A program made the position numbers and the translations under genes. A stretch of DNA of 63,914 nucleotides, counting the filler, from Chiloscyllium plagiosum (taxonomy: Eukaryota), in NCBI RefSeq assembly GCF_004010195.1. It is 4 parts of one record of this genome, joined end to end, with 100 filler letters (N's around TTAATTAATTAA, not from the genome) between each part and the next. Parts side by side here need not be neighbours in the genome. Positions count along the whole stretch, not along the records: positions 25,015 to 48,175 come from NC_057715.1; 3 more parts are not named here. One strand, given 5' to 3'. Shown here one piece after another: positions 24,915 to 38,560 of the stretch. Numbering within the stretch: the stretch's first letter is position 1; each line of letters opens with the position of its first letter. The notes under the pieces are model-generated. The model did no database searches. It was not told where the DNA came from and was given only the letters and a program-made list of their open reading frames with translations.

Positions 24915-25014
24915 NNNNNNNNNNNNNNNNNNNNNNNNNNNNNNNNNNNNNNNNNNNNTTAATTAATTAANNNNNNNNNNNNNNNNNNNNNNNNNNNNNN
25001 NNNNNNNNNNNNNN
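24915..25014. other. Assembly gap with TTAATTAATTAA linker
   Basis: N run with the same central 12-mer as at 48176 and 56627. Confidence 0.95.
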
Positions 25015-26290
25015 ATGTCTTTGTTTAGCCTGTCCCAGGATAGATGTTTTGTCCCAGTCGAAATGGTGGTTTTTTTCATCCGTGTGTAGGGCTGCGAGGG
25101 AGTGAGGGTGATGTCTTTTTGTGGCTCGCTGGTGTTTGTGTATCCTGGTGGCTAACTTTCTTCCTGTTCGTCCTATGTAGTGTTTGTGGCAGTCCTTGCA
25201 TGGAATTTTGTAGATGACGTTGGTTTTGTCATGGGTTGTACTGGGTCTTTTAAGTTTGTTAGTTTTTGTTTGAGAGTGTTGGTGGGTTTGTGTGCTACTA
25301 GGATTCCGAGGGGTCTTAGTAGTCTGGCTGTCATTTCTGAGACTTCTTTGATGTATGGTAAGGTGGTTTTGGTTTCTGGCTGTGTTAGGTCTGCTTGTCG
25401 TGGTTTGTTCCTGAGGAATCTGCGGACTGTATTTTTTGAGTATCCGTTCTGGTTCTCCTCTGTTTTCCAAAGTTCATCTGTGCTGCAGTGTGTGGTGGCT
25501 CATTGGAATAGTGTTCTGATACAGCTTTGTTTGTGTGTGTTGGGATGGTTGCTGGTTAGTAAAGTATTTGGTCAGTGTTTGTCGGTTTTCTGTATACGCA
25601 GGTTTGTAGTTCTCCGTTGTCCGTTCTTTCGACTGTGACGTCCAGGAATGCGAGTTTGTTGTCGGTATCTTCCTCCTTGGTGAACTTTATGCCTGTGGGG
25701 GTGTTGTTGATGATGTTAAATGTCCCTTCTATCTTGTTTTGTTTTGTGATGACAAAGGTGTCATCTATGTAGCAGACCCAGATTTTTGGTTTGATGTTTG
25801 GTAGGGCTGTTTGATGGTTGGTGGGGCTGTTTGTTTCGTTTTCTTAGGAGATATGTAATTTTGTTTCCTAAGAAAATTACACAATTCCGGACAATTAAAC
25901 AAGGCGGAATTCCAGAAAATGCAACCAGACGGGACCAACACCCCACGATTCTACGGACTACCAAAGATCCATAAACCAGGAGCCCCCCTCAGACCCATAG
26001 TCTCATTACCTAGAACACCAACTTACAGACTGGCTAAAGAACTACACACAAGACTGAAATACCTAGTAGAAGAGTCACAGCACTCCATCCACTCCACCCA
26101 GGAATTCTTAAAAATCATCAAAATCACCAAAATAGAGGAAGACGAAACAATGATCTTATTCGACATAACAGCACTGTTCACTTCCATCAACATCGACCTG
26201 GCAAAGGAAACACTTACCACACTTTTAGAAGAGACCATCACACATCAGAATACTATTCCAACGAGCCACCACACACTGCAACACAGATGA
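25015..26290. mobile_element. Penelope-like element with RT and GIY-YIG in inverted segments
   Basis: Minus strand NVIYKIPCKDCHKHYIGRTGR (GIY-YIG); plus strand PRFYGLPKIHKPGAPLRPIVS...FDITALFTSI (PLE RT). Confidence 0.9.
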
Positions 26291-26361
26291 ACTTTTATTT
26301 GTTGGTCCAGTTGAAGTCATTGGTAATTCAGGATATTGTTAATGAAGGATTCAGTGGTGAT

Positions 26362-27765
26362 AGAGTCATAGAACTGTACAGCATGGGAACAGACACTTTG
26401 GCAAATCATCCATGCCATCCAGATATCCTAAATTAAAGGCCCATAATCCTTTAAACACTTTGTATAACTCCCCAGATGTCTTTTAAATGTTGTCATTGTA
26501 TTAGCCTCCACCACCTCCCTTGACAGCTCATCCCATACACACATTACCCAATGCATGAAAATATTGCCCCTTTGGGGACTTTTAAAGTTTTCCCCTCTCA
26601 CCTTAAACCTACGCCCTCACTCTCCCACCCTCGGGAAAATACCTTGGCTATTTGTCCTATCCATGCTCTTCATGATTTTCCTCAATCTCTGATGCTCCAG
26701 GGAAAATAGCTCCAGCCTCCAAAGTTGGCAATATTCTTGCAAATCTTTACTGAAACTTTTAAACTTTCACAACATCCTTCCTATAGCATAGAGACCGGAA
26801 TTGAACACGATATTCCAAAAGTGGCTGAACCAATGTCCTGTACAGCCACAACAAGACCTCCCAACTCCTTTACTCAATGCACTGACCAATACAGGCAAGC
26901 ATACCAAATGCCTTCTTCACTATCCTATCTACCTGTGACTCCACTTTCAAGGAGCTATGAATCTGCACTCCAAAGTCTCTTTGTTCAGCAACACTCCCCA
27001 GGACCTTACCATTAAGTGTATAAGTCCTGCCTTTCCAAAATGCAGCACCTCGCATTTATCTAAGTTAAACTCCATCTGCCACTCCTTGGCCCTTTGGCCC
27101 ATCTGATCAAGGTTCTATTGTGTTCTGAGGTAACCTTCTTTGCTATCAACTACATCTCTAATTTGGGTGCCATCTGCAAGCTTACTAACTAAAACTCATA
27201 TGTTCACATCCAAATCATTTATGTAAATGATGAAAAGCAGTGAACCCACCACTGATCCTTGTGGCACACAACTGGTCACAGGTGTCCAGTCTGAAAAGCA
27301 AACCTCCTCCACCAACCTCTGACTTCTACATTTGAGCTCGTTCTCTTTGTATTCCATGTATAACCTTTCTAACCGGTCTACCATGAGGAACCTTGTCAAA
27401 TGCCTTACTAAACTCCATATAGATCATGTCCACCATTCTGCCTTCATCAATCATTTTTGCTACTTCTCCAGAAACCTCAAGTTGGTTAGACATGATTTCT
27501 AGTGCACAAAGCCGTGTTGACTATCCCTTATCAGTCCTTGCCTTTCCAAAAACATGTAAATCCTATCCCTCAGAATCCCCTCCATCAATTTGCCCAACTG
27601 ATGTCAGGCTCACTGGTCTACAGTTCCCTGGCTTTTCCTTACCACCTTTCTTAATTAGTGGCACCACGTTAGCCAACCTCCAGTCTTCCGGCACTTCACC
27701 TGTGACTATCGATGATACAAATATCTCAGCAAGGGGCCCAGCAATCACTCCCCTGGATTCCCACA
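26362..27765 (-). mobile_element. HER1/CR1 LINE fragment
   Basis: VPEDWRLANVVPL, PGNCRPVSLTSV and VPQGSVVGSLLF motifs; CATAGA tail. Confidence 0.9.
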
Positions 27766-27769
27766 TGAT

Positions 27770-29440
27770 GATGTATGTTTCAAGAGGAGATGGTTAGACT
27801 CTCTTGTTGGAGATGGTCATAGTCTAAAACTTTAGTGACATGCCACTTATCAGCCCGATCTTGGATGTTGCCCAAGCCTTGCTGCATATGGGCAGTTTCA
27901 GACTACTTCAGGATCTGAGGAATGACAAAAAGTGTTGAACATGCTGCATTCATCAGTGAACATTTCCACTTCTGATCTTATGTTGATGGGAAAGTCATTG
28001 ATGAAACAACTGAAAATGATTTGCTCAAGACACTCCCCTGAGAAACTCCTGTAGAGATGTTCTAGAGCTGAGATTATTGAGCTCTAGCAATCACAACTAT
28101 CTTCCTTTGCTCCAGGTGTATGAAGAGTACCCTTTCTACCCTCCAACTTCATATTGATTCTGGTTTTGCTAGGACTCCTCAATGCCACACTAAGTCAAAT
28201 GCTGCTTTGATGTGTTGAGCAGTCATTCTCACCTCACTTCTGGAATTAATCTCTTTTATCTGTGTTTGAATCAATGTTGCAATGAAATCAGGACATGTGT
28301 CACTCTGATAGAACCTAAACTGAGGGTCATTGAGAAGGTTATTTCTGAGCAAATGCCCTTTGATTACAATGTTGATGACTTCTTTCATCAGTTTGATAAT
28401 TATTGGGAGTAGACTGACTAAGGGCAGCATAGTGGCTCATTGATGAATACTGCTGCCTCACAGCAAAGGGAACCCAGGTTTAATCTAACCTCAGGTGACT
28501 GTGTGGAGTTTGCACAGTCTCCCTGTGTGAGTGTCAGTTTCCTCTGGGTAATCTGGTTTTCTTCTGCAAACCAAAGATGTGCAGGTTAGGTGAATTGGCT
28601 ATGCTAAATTGCCCACGGTATCCAGGAATGTACAGGCCTAGTGGATTAGCCATAGGAAATGAGGGGTTACAGGAATAAAGTAGAGGTGGGTCTGGGTGAG
28701 ATGCTCTTCATAGGGTCAGTGTAGATTTGATGGGCTAAGTGTCCCGTTTTCACATGGTAGGGACTCAATGAAAGGCTCGCAAATAAGTAGTAAATGAAAG
28801 GCTGGTAAATGGTAAAATGATGATTGAATTTATCTTGTTTTTTTTTTAACAGGACATACCTAGGCATTTTTCCACATTGTTGAGTAGATGCTCGAGCTGT
28901 AGCTGTACTAGAACAGCTAAACTAGAAGGGAGCTAGTTCTGGCACTCACGTTTTGCTTATTTTGCTCCATTATTGTCAAGACTCATTGCATTTGCAGTAT
29001 CCAGTACCTTCATCCTTTTCTTGATGTCACATAGAGAGAATCAAGTTGGCCAAAGACTGGCATCTGTAATGCCAGGAATGCCTGGAGGAGGCTAAGATCA
29101 ATGATCCATTTGGTTCAACTTACAGAAGTTGGATACAAATGCTTCAGTTCTGACACCTGTCCTGATATGCTGGGCTCCTCAAATCTTAGGCATAAGGATA
29201 ATTGTGGAGCATTATTCCTCCCTTAGTTGTTTATCTTTTTGCCACTATTCACATTGGAATGTGGCAGAACATTAGAACTTAGATCTTGGTCCATTGATTA
29301 TGGAATTGCTTAGTTTTGTCTATTACATGCTGCTTATGTTGTTTGGCACTCAAGTCGTTCTGTATTGTAGTTTCATCAGGTCGATGCCTCATTTTTAAGT
29401 ATACCTGTTGCTGCATCCTGGATTCTTTTTTGAACCAATA
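27770..29440 (-). mobile_element. CR1-group single-ORF LINE fragment (RT region), interrupted by HE1
   Basis: ORF 28179..28430 VSLLPIIIKLMKEVIN...PQFRFYQ...IKAAFDLVWH. Confidence 0.75.
28421..28770 (+). mobile_element. HE1-like SINE (older copy)
   Basis: Degenerate HE1 head, core and tail. Confidence 0.85.
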
Positions 29441-29479
29441 CAAATTAGTAGGTTGCTGTTCATGGAGGACACTAACATT

Positions 29480-29860
29480 AGAATGGTTCAAAATTAATAA
29501 GGAAAAGGTCTTGGATACGTTGTGGTACTTGAAATTGACAAGAAACCAGGAACAGATGAGATGCAGTCAAGGATTTTGACGAAGGTTACAGTAAAATTTC
29601 AGGCACTGTCCATAATATTTCAGCCTTCCCCTGACTTGGGGGAGATGCCAGAAGACTGAGGAATTGCAAATATTATGGTCGTGTTCAAGAAAGGTTGTAA
29701 AGATAATCCCGGCAATTATAAACCAGTTTATTTAATTTCAGTGATGGATAAAGTTCTAGAAATAATTATTCAAGATAGAATTTGTAATCACGTGGAAAAA
29801 AGGTGAGTTGATTAGGAAGAGTCAACTGAATTTCTAAAGGGGAAATCACTTAACTAATCC
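29480..29860 (+). mobile_element. Decayed CR1 RT-upstream fragment
   Basis: PED.GIANI...PGNYKPV-like remnants. Confidence 0.6.
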
Positions 29861-31100
29861 TTAAATATTTTCAGGGAGTATTTTGCAATGTCAATGCATC
29901 TGGTTTTGCTGTTCCTAGTTGAACTTGCAGAGAGCTGTTGAGTCAAACATATTGCTGCATGTCTGGAGACACATGTAGGCTATGCCAGACAGATCTTTCC
30001 TAAAAAGCATTTGTTAACCATATGAGAGTTTGCAAAACTATATGTTAGTTTTGTGGTTTCATATTTCCATAGTAGTAGAAGCAGGAATAGCCCATTTGGC
30101 CTGTCAAGCTGCTCCACCATTCATTAAGATCATGGATGATCTGTGCCATGAGACAAATCCACTTTATTAATTTAATTAGAATTTCACCATCTCCCTGGAT
30201 TAATAATCTGGTGAAATTGTAATTGTGCCATAGTGTCCTTCTGAGTACTAATGAAAAATATTTTCAAATAAAATCATTCTCTGTTTGTATTCATGCATCT
30301 AGCACTTCTGAACAATAGAAGCACTGGTCTTTATTAACATATAAATGCTTCTTGTTTTTCTATCCACTTTCAAATTTAGAATGTACATTTCCAGTGAAAT
30401 ATTAGAAATCAAATATTGACATGAGTCGATGTTTCACCATTTCACATTTGTTCTGTGCCATCAGTATTTGCACATGGGATCCAAGTTCAAGTGGCAGGTT
30501 GGATCTGAAATTTGTTCAGTGACAGATAGTCAAAGGTAATAATGGTCAGTTTGCATTCCTATGCTGAAAGAACCTTGAGAATGATACAAATATTCATCAT
30601 CTAATTGATAATAAGAAACGACTTTTCAGCTCCAACATTAAGAAACTGGACAGTGAGCAGAAAGCAGGCAAATAGATTTCAATCCAAAGAACTCTGAGAT
30701 TTGGCATTTGTTGAGAACAATCAAGACAAAGAAATGCACAATAACTCAAAGGTCAAGTGGAGAAAGAACTGTGGGAACTTCAAGTGCAGCTCCTCAGATC
30801 CTTGAAGGTAGCAATGTAAGACTTTGGGTTCTGGAACCACATATTCCCAAGACAGGCAGTTGACTATTTATATATAACTTTAAGGTAGTTTATGTGAACT
30901 TATTAAGAAGGAACAGCTTGGATACAATGTATTTGCTGGATTGTCATGTGACAGATGAGGATTATTCACTTGTACTAAAGGGCAAACAGTGGTTGATACA
31001 GAGTGTGTGGATGTCAGAAGCTTATGAGAATAGTATTCTGCTTGCCATTTGAAGTATTCAGGCACACTCTACAGGGTCTACTTCCAACATAAGGAAGCCA

Positions 31101-32676
31101 TGATGTGGAGGTGCTGGTATTGGACTGGGGTGGACAAAGTTAAAAATCACACAACACCAGGTTATAGTCTAACAGGTTTATTTGGAAGTTTTCAGAGAGT
31201 TGTTCTTCATCAGTTAACTAGTGGGGCAGGATCATAAGACACAGAATTTAATGCAAATGATCACAGTGTCCTGCAATTAAAACAATACATTGAACAAACC
31301 TAGATTGCTGTTAAGTCTTTCATTATTTAGAATGAGTTGCAGGTTTCAGTTCATCAATGTGTAAATCCCAGAATTTGTTTTAAGACACATTCTTGAGATA
31401 ACTTAAGGTTTTATTTTAAAAAAAGGTGCCATCTCAGCTCAGGCAATGTGAAGTTAGGGTCTGTCTGTATCCCAATCTTGACTCAGACTGGTTCTATTTC
31501 CAAAGTAGGAGTTTATTAAATGTTATATGCATTGACCGCCTGCAGGTTGTGTGCTTTTTGAGCAAAAATAGAATGTATCTGCAAGTACAATTCTACAAAT
31601 ACAAATTCACCCCATAGACGTGTGTGTGTGTGAGAGAGTGACACTCTGTGCGTGTCAGTGCTTCCGTGAGAGTGTGTATTTGCGTGTGTGCATGGTTGGT
31701 AGAGTGTGTGCATGATTGTGATGAAGTATAAGCCTGTGAGAGGGTGTGACTGTGGGGGGCTATATGTGTATGTGTCTGAGAGAGAGTGTGTGTATATGAG
31801 AGGGGGTCTGCGTGAGTGTGTGAGTACGTAAAAGAATGTGTGGGAGAGTGTATAGTGTGGTGGGGTAATCTGTAGTGTGACATGAATCCAAGGTCCTCAT
31901 TGAGGCCATCCTCATGGGTATCGAGCAGAGCAAAGGCTAATAGCCAAGTTCAGTACCCATGAGGATGGCCTCAACCGGGACTTGGGTTCATGTCACACAA
32001 CAGGTGACCTCACTACACTATACTTATTCTCTGTCTCACTCACACACACACACACACACTCTTACATGCTTGCACACTCTTACATACTCACACACTCATG
32101 CAGATCTTCTCCCATACACAGACTCTCTCTCAGCCACACGCACATACACCCCCTCCCCAACATGTACACCCATACACACCCTGTCACAGGCTTATACTTC
32201 GTCAGATTCAAACACACACTCTACGAAGCATGCAAAGACGCAAACACACACTCTCTCACGTGCACTCACACCCAACATGCTCTCTCTCTCTCTGTCTCTC
32301 CCTCCCCCACACCCCCTCACATGCACACACACACACACACGTCTATGGGGAGAATTTACATTTGCAGAATTGTATTTGCAGATACATTCTATTTTTGCTC
32401 AAAAAGCACAAAACCTGCAGGCAGTCAATCCAAATAATATTTTATAAATTCCTACTTTGGAAACAGAACCAGTTTGACTCAAGATTGAGTAAACAATAAC
32501 TCAAACCTCACACCTTTAATGCATTGTCTGAGCTGAAATGTTACCTTTTTTCATAAAACCTTAAGTTACCTCAAGAATGTGACTCAAAAGAAGTTCTGGG
32601 ATTTACATATTAGTGAACTGAAACCTGCAAACCTTTCTAAAAGATGAAAGATTTAACAACATTCTAGGTTTGTTCA
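31101..32676. mobile_element. Older Penelope-like (Neptune-type) fold-back element with CA/TG-rich UTR
   Basis: Inverted arms ~31291-31920 and ~31954-32676; EQRLIAKFSTHEDGLNRDLGFMSH at ~31928-32000; 3' terminus on minus strand to 31101. Confidence 0.8.
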
Positions 32677-33294
32677 GTTTTTTTTTCGCAACCTTATCTT
32701 GGTGGTTGACGACTTGGAATTACTCATGCTTTTCCAGAGAGAAAGGGAAAATGATCTACCCAGCTAATGACCAAGTGTTCTTTAACACACTGAAAATATT
32801 ATTTATTGAGACTTCACATTCCTTATGACAGGTCAAATACATAAGAGGGTTAAGGATGCTTTCCTTCATTAACCAATGAATAGAATACAAACATTGGCAG
32901 GTCATGCAGAAATTATATAAAACACTTGTTAGTCTCTGACAAGATTACCGCATAAAATCCTCGTCACCACATTATTCAGAAAACATCATATTGCTCTATT
33001 AGAAAACAGAGGAGATTCCTGAAGATGTTGCTGGGTGTGGAAACTTTTAGTTATGAGGAAAGTTTGAATTGGTTGAATCAGCTGAAAGAAAATAGTATTT
33101 GAATTCTGAAGGGAAGCACATATTTCTTTGAGCAAAGGGGCAAGTAGCAAAAGCACATAGTTTTCATGGGCTTTGATAAAACCTTTCAGCATGATGCAGT
33201 AATGCACTGAATGGAAGGGTGCTAATTGTTAGATATCCTCATTGTGCTTAAAAATCATGGATGTACGCTTGAAGTATTCTCACCTACCATCATC

Positions 33295-35178
33295 ATAGAT
33301 TTCTTTAGCTAATGCGTAGAAGACTGCGTACAAAAGAAGTCAATCCAAGTGTTCCCCAACTGTAAACCTTGGATGAACCTGGAAATCCACTCCCTGCTGA
33401 AGGCCAGATGTGCATTCAAGTTGGATGGCCCAAATCAATACAAGAAATTCAGGTATGACCCCCTCAAAGCCATCAGCGATACCAAAGGGTAATATCGGAT
33501 GAGATTAGAGGCCCATACCTACCAAACAGACTCCTGCCGCCTATGGCAAGGCCTAAACAACATTACAGGATACACAGTGAAGCAGAACAAGATAGCAGAC
33601 AAAGACAAATCCCTCCCTGATGGATTCAGTGCTTCTTATGCTCGGTTTGAGCAGAATGCTAGCGGCGCGGTGAAGCCTGCCCTGACAGCCCCGTTTCCTC
33701 GGTCATTGCTGAAGACATCAGATCAGTATTCCTGGGAGTCAACCCAAAGAAGACAACAGGCCCGGATTGTGTCCCCAGTCAAGCACTCAGATCCTGTGTG
33801 GACCAACTGGCAGAGATATTCACCAACATCTGCAACCTTTCTTTCCTACAAGCCATAGTCCCCTCCTGCTTTAAGAAGACTACCATTATCCCCATACCTC
33901 AGAAAACACACACAATGACTACCACCCAGTCGCTTTGGCCTCAATAATAATGAAATACTTTGAGAGGCTAGTCATGTCCCACATCAACTCCAGTCTCAAG
34001 CTGGCCTCAACCCCTGCAAGTTGCCTACCGATATAACAGGTTCACAGTGGATGCCATATCCCTAGCCCTGCATTCAACCTTGGAACATCTGGACAACCAA
34101 GGCACTTACATCACACTCTTGCTCATTGACTACAGCTACGCCTTCAACACCATAATCGTCTCCAGGCTGATCTCAAAACTCCGTGACTTTCGTCTTGACT
34201 CTACCCTCTGCAACTGTATCCTCAGCTTTCTGGATCACAGGCCACAATCACTGAAGATAGACAACTGCACCTTCTCCACAATAACACTCAACACTGCACC
34301 CCCCAAGAATGCAACCTCAGCTCCCTATTGTACCCCCGTACACCCACCACTGTGTTGCCAAATACTGAATGAATGCCATCTATAAATTTGCTGATGACAT
34401 CACCAAAGTAGGATGGATATCTAAAAATGATGAGTCAGAATACAGAGAAAGATAGAGGGTTTGGTAATGTGGTGCAATGGGAACAAGCTCTCTCTCAAAT
34501 CGGGAAAACTAAAGGAGGAGAACACGTCCCCATCGACATCAACAAACTCAGATCGAAAGGGTGGAGAGCCTCAAGTTCCTCAGTGACGATAACTGACAAC
34601 CTGTCCTGGTCTTCCCATGTAGTTGTGTTGGTGAAGAAGGCACCACAACACCTTCTTCCTCAGTCGGCTCAGGAAATTTGACATGTCCAGATGCTTAATT
34701 AAAAGCATATTGTCTGGATGCATTACACCCTGGTACGGCAACTGCTCCGCCCAGAATCATAGGAAACTACAGAGGGTGTGCAGAGCTCAGGCCATCACGG
34801 GAACTAACCTTCCATCCATGGGCTCCATTTGCATGGTTCACTGCCATGGAAAGGCTGCCAAGGCTTATCAAAGACCCTTTACACACTGGTAATGATCTCT
34901 TACAACCTCTTCCGTTAGGCAGAAGATACAGAAGCCTGAACACATGTACCAGTAGATTCTGGGACAGCTTCTTCCTGGCCATTATTAGACTATTGAATGG
35001 ACTCTCTTGCCTCAAATAATCCTGATCTTGCTAAATTTGATCTCTCTTGTACGCCCTGTATGCGTCCGTCTAAATCTTTTGTTCTGTATATCCTTGCTTA
35101 CCTGCCTGTACTCCTCATAAACAGAGCTTTTCACTGTACTTTGGGACAAATGACAATCAATATATCAATCAACCAATT
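33295..35178 (+). mobile_element. Decayed Rex1/Babar LINE
   Basis: RLWQGLNNITGY, DAISLALHSTLEHLD...IDYSYAFNTI and SILSGCITPWYGNCS; (TCAA)-like tail. Confidence 0.85.
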
Positions 35179-35369
35179 AACCTACAAAGTTATGGACCAG
35201 GAAGTGGAAGGTGGATTAAGGCAGTATCACTCTTTTTCCAGTTAGCAGACACTGTCAGCTCCATGACTCCTTCTGTGCAGCAATTGAATGGGGATGGGAT
35301 AGTTAAGGCTGTGGCTGCTGAAAGGCAGGTCCAGAGATTGATTGGTCAGCAGTTGAGAGTGAAGTGCCA

Positions 35370-35506
35370 GAAAGTGCTTCCTGATGAAGGCCTTATGCCT
35401 GAAATGTCAATTTGCCTGCTGCTCGGATGCTGCCTGATCTGCTGTGCTTTTCCAGCATCACACTCTCGACTCTGATCTCCAGCATCTGCAGTCGTCACTT
35501 TCTCCT
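35370..35506 (+). mobile_element. Penelope-like pseudo-LTR fragment with hammerhead-like core
   Basis: CTGATGA-AGGCC-TTAT-GCCT-GAAATGTC at 35381-35408, then the family tail TCTGATCTCCAGCATCTGCAG. Confidence 0.75.
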
Positions 35507-36504
35507 AGTTGATTGGTCAGTAGCCTCAGGTGGGGCAGCACATGGGTGATGAGGCTCCCAAATGAATGACAGACTCCTTGGCTAGCACTTTAAATATGTA
35601 GATGATGCTTGATTCAGTAAGATTTCTCACTGATGGGGTCAAGAATTTAATCACCCACTGAAATCATCTGTCTCAAAACTCATGACACATCCTGACTTGT
35701 CAGTCAGATGTGATGAATCTTGTCAGAGGTGTAGTTTAAAAGGAAACTTCTTACTCTTAAATGGTGTCTCCTAGTTCTAATGTCCCACACAAGTGGAAAC
35801 ATGCTCCAGATAACAACCCTCCTCAATTCTCTCTTATATTTTTCAGTAAAGTCACCTCTCATTCTCCAGTGACTAAGGACCTAATCTGTTCAATTTTCTT
35901 CCTAAGATCACTGTTCCATGACAGGAATGAATCAAGTGAACATTCTTTGATCGGTGTCCAAAGTATTTTTTTTCGAAAGGTCACAAAGACAGTATCCAAG
36001 ATGCAGTTTCATCAATGAGCTACATAGCTGCAGTGAAAAGTCCCAACATTTGTATTTCAAATTCTGTTAGAATAAATACCATTATTCCGCTTGTCTTCCT
36101 AATCTCATGCTGTACCTGCACAAAAAGCCTTTGTGATTCACGTACCAAAACACAAATTCTTTCTGTAATCTCTGTAATCACTCTCTCTCTCTGTCTCTCT
36201 TTCTACTTGGAGAGTACAGTGCTTTTTTATTCGTTTTGCCAATGGGACAAATTCACACTAACCCACATTATACACTTTTTTTTTGCCCCAGTGATGCAGT
36301 ATTTGTGAATATGGTGCCAGTCTAGCAGACTGAAACCTTGGATGGTGTCAAGTATCTTCAGTGTTGTTGGAGTTGCACTCATCCAGGCAAATAGGAGTAT
36401 TCCATCGTAATTGTGACCTGGGCCTTGTAGATGTTGGACAGGCTTTGGAGAGTCATCAATTGAGTTTAATACATGCAGGAATCCTAGCTTCTAACCAGGT
36501 CTTC

Positions 36505-36850
36505 ATAGAATTCATACCGCGTGGAAACAGGTCCATTGGCCCAACAGGTCCACACCAACCCTCGGAAAGAGTATCCCACCCAGACCCATTCCCCGAACTT
36601 ATTACTCTACATTTACCCCTAACTAACTAATGCACCTAACCTGAACATTATGGGCAAATTAGCACAGCCAGGTCACCTAAATCACACTTCTATAGATTGT
36701 GGGAGGAAACCAGAGCACCTGGAGGAAACCCAGGCAGACATGGGGAGAATGTGCAAACTCCACACAGATAGTCGCCTGGGGCTGGAATCAAATCTGGATC
36801 CCTGGTGCTGTGAGGCAGTAGTGCTAACCACTGAGCCACTATGCTGCACA
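36505..36850 (-). mobile_element. HE1-like SINE
   Basis: Reverse complement of HE1 head and core. Confidence 0.88.
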
Positions 36851-37031
36851 TGCCAGATCTTGGAGCCACTATATTTACAAGGCTAGTTCAGTTTCTAGCC
36901 AACAGTAACATTCAAGATGTTGAAGTAGGGCATTCAGTGATGGTAACACTATTGAATTTCAAGGTACAATGATTAGATTCTCCCTTGTTGGAGATGATCA
37001 TTGCTTCGCATTTGTGTAGTGTGAATATTTA

Positions 37032-37386
37032 TGGACAGCATGGTGGCTCAGTGGTTAGCACTGCTGCCTCACCGTGCCAGGGACCCGGGTCCAATTCCAG
37101 CCTCAAGTGACTGTGTGGAGTTTGCACATTCTCCCTGTGTCTGCATGGGTTTCCTTCGGGTGCTCTGGTTTCATCCCACAGTCCAAAGATGTGCAGGTTA
37201 GGTGAATTGGCAAGCTAAATTGCCTATAGAATTCAGGGATGTGTAGACTAGGTACATTAGTCAGGGGAAATGTAGAATAAAAGGGTGGGGGAATGGGTCT
37301 GAGTGGGATACCCTTTGGAGGGTCGGTGTGGACTTGTTGGCCTCATGGCCTGTTTCCACAATGTAGAGATTCCATTCTATTCTATG
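37032..37386 (+). mobile_element. HE1-like SINE
   Basis: TGGCTCAGTGGTTAGCACTGCTGCC head; ATTCT tail. Confidence 0.9.
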
Positions 37387-38541
37387 TTACTTGTTAGCCA
37401 AAGCCTGGATATTGTCCTGGATCTTCTGCACTTGCAGATGGACTGCTTCATTATCTGAGGAGCCGGGAAATGTACTAAACATTATGTAAACATCAGTGAA
37501 GCTCCCCTCTTCTGACCTTGTAGTGGAGGAAAGGTCATTGATGAAGCAGTTGAACATGGTCAGTCTGAGGACGCTACTCTGAAGAACTCCTGCAGAAATG
37601 TCTTAGAGTTGAGAGAACTAACATTCAACAATCACATCCATCTTTCATTGTCAGGAATGACATTAACTGAGGAAGAGTTTGTCCCCATTGACTGCAGAGT
37701 TGCTAGGGCTCCTTGATGCTGGTCTGTATTGCAAGCAGTACTTTAATGTGAAGAGCTGTGAATCTAACCTTTCTTCTGGATTAAGGTTAAGATTGAAGGT
37801 AGTTATAGTCTACACTTCTGAATATTTAATTGTTTCATTTTAATTGTCAGATAATTCAAAACAATACCAATTAATCACCACTTTTCTGCTATTTAGATTG
37901 TGTATTTTGATTTATTGGATGAATTATGAATTGTGGATTGTATTTACTTTGATGATTATATTTATTCAAATTCTGTTTTGCATTGCACTTGAAAATATCC
38001 TCAAAATTCAAAAAGAAGCAATTATCAGTTTAAACCCCCCAAGAAAACAAAATGCACTGAAAATATAGATGATTCTTTGTATAGATTAGAGTTTAAAAAA
38101 AAACATGTGCATAGTAAGCAGCCTAAGACAAGCTTTGCACATATATTTTCATAAGGAATGTAATCAGTCATGTGTGTAGCACTGTTCCAGGTACTTCCCA
38201 CACATTCAATGTGTGTATGCTTTTGTATGTAAACAATTGTTCAACCATGTATGTTACTTGGATTTTTTTTGTTGCTCGGAGAGGTAGTTTAAATAACTGG
38301 TTTTGATGGGGCAAACTTTGAGTGTGGCAGGGGAAGGTACATAACTCTGAAAACTGCACTGTACTGGTGTTGTATCCTTCCTGGTATTTCAGTAGACATT
38401 TTAAACCATTTGTTTTTAATAACTTGGCATTTCCCTTTTTGAAAAGAACAAAGTAATTTGATATAAAGATATTAAGTATCCCGAAAGTTAAGTTTGCACA
38501 CAGAAATGCACACGATTTGTTTCACCTTTAGTAATGAGCTG

Positions 38542-38560
38542 TGTCCACTATGTGGCGCTG
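38542..38560 (+). promoter_or_regulatory. Possible CTCF-binding motif
   Basis: TGTCCACTATGTGGCGCTG resembles CCAC(C/T)AG(G/A)(G/T)GGC(G/A)C with one core mismatch; motif match only. Confidence 0.25.

Larger units (their letters stand above)
36310..37790 (-). mobile_element. CR1-group single-ORF LINE fragment interrupted by two HE1 SINEs
   Basis: Similar to 2850-3200 and 27780-28200. Confidence 0.6.

Noticed and set aside
24915..25014. TTAATTAATTAA palindrome centred in N runs (also 48176-48275 and 56627-56726)
   Set aside because: Identical 100-nt N/linker structure three times with stops in all frames; a scaffolding artefact, not biology
31593..32499. His/Thr-rich ORFs
   Set aside because: Products of CA/TG-rich low-complexity PLE UTR
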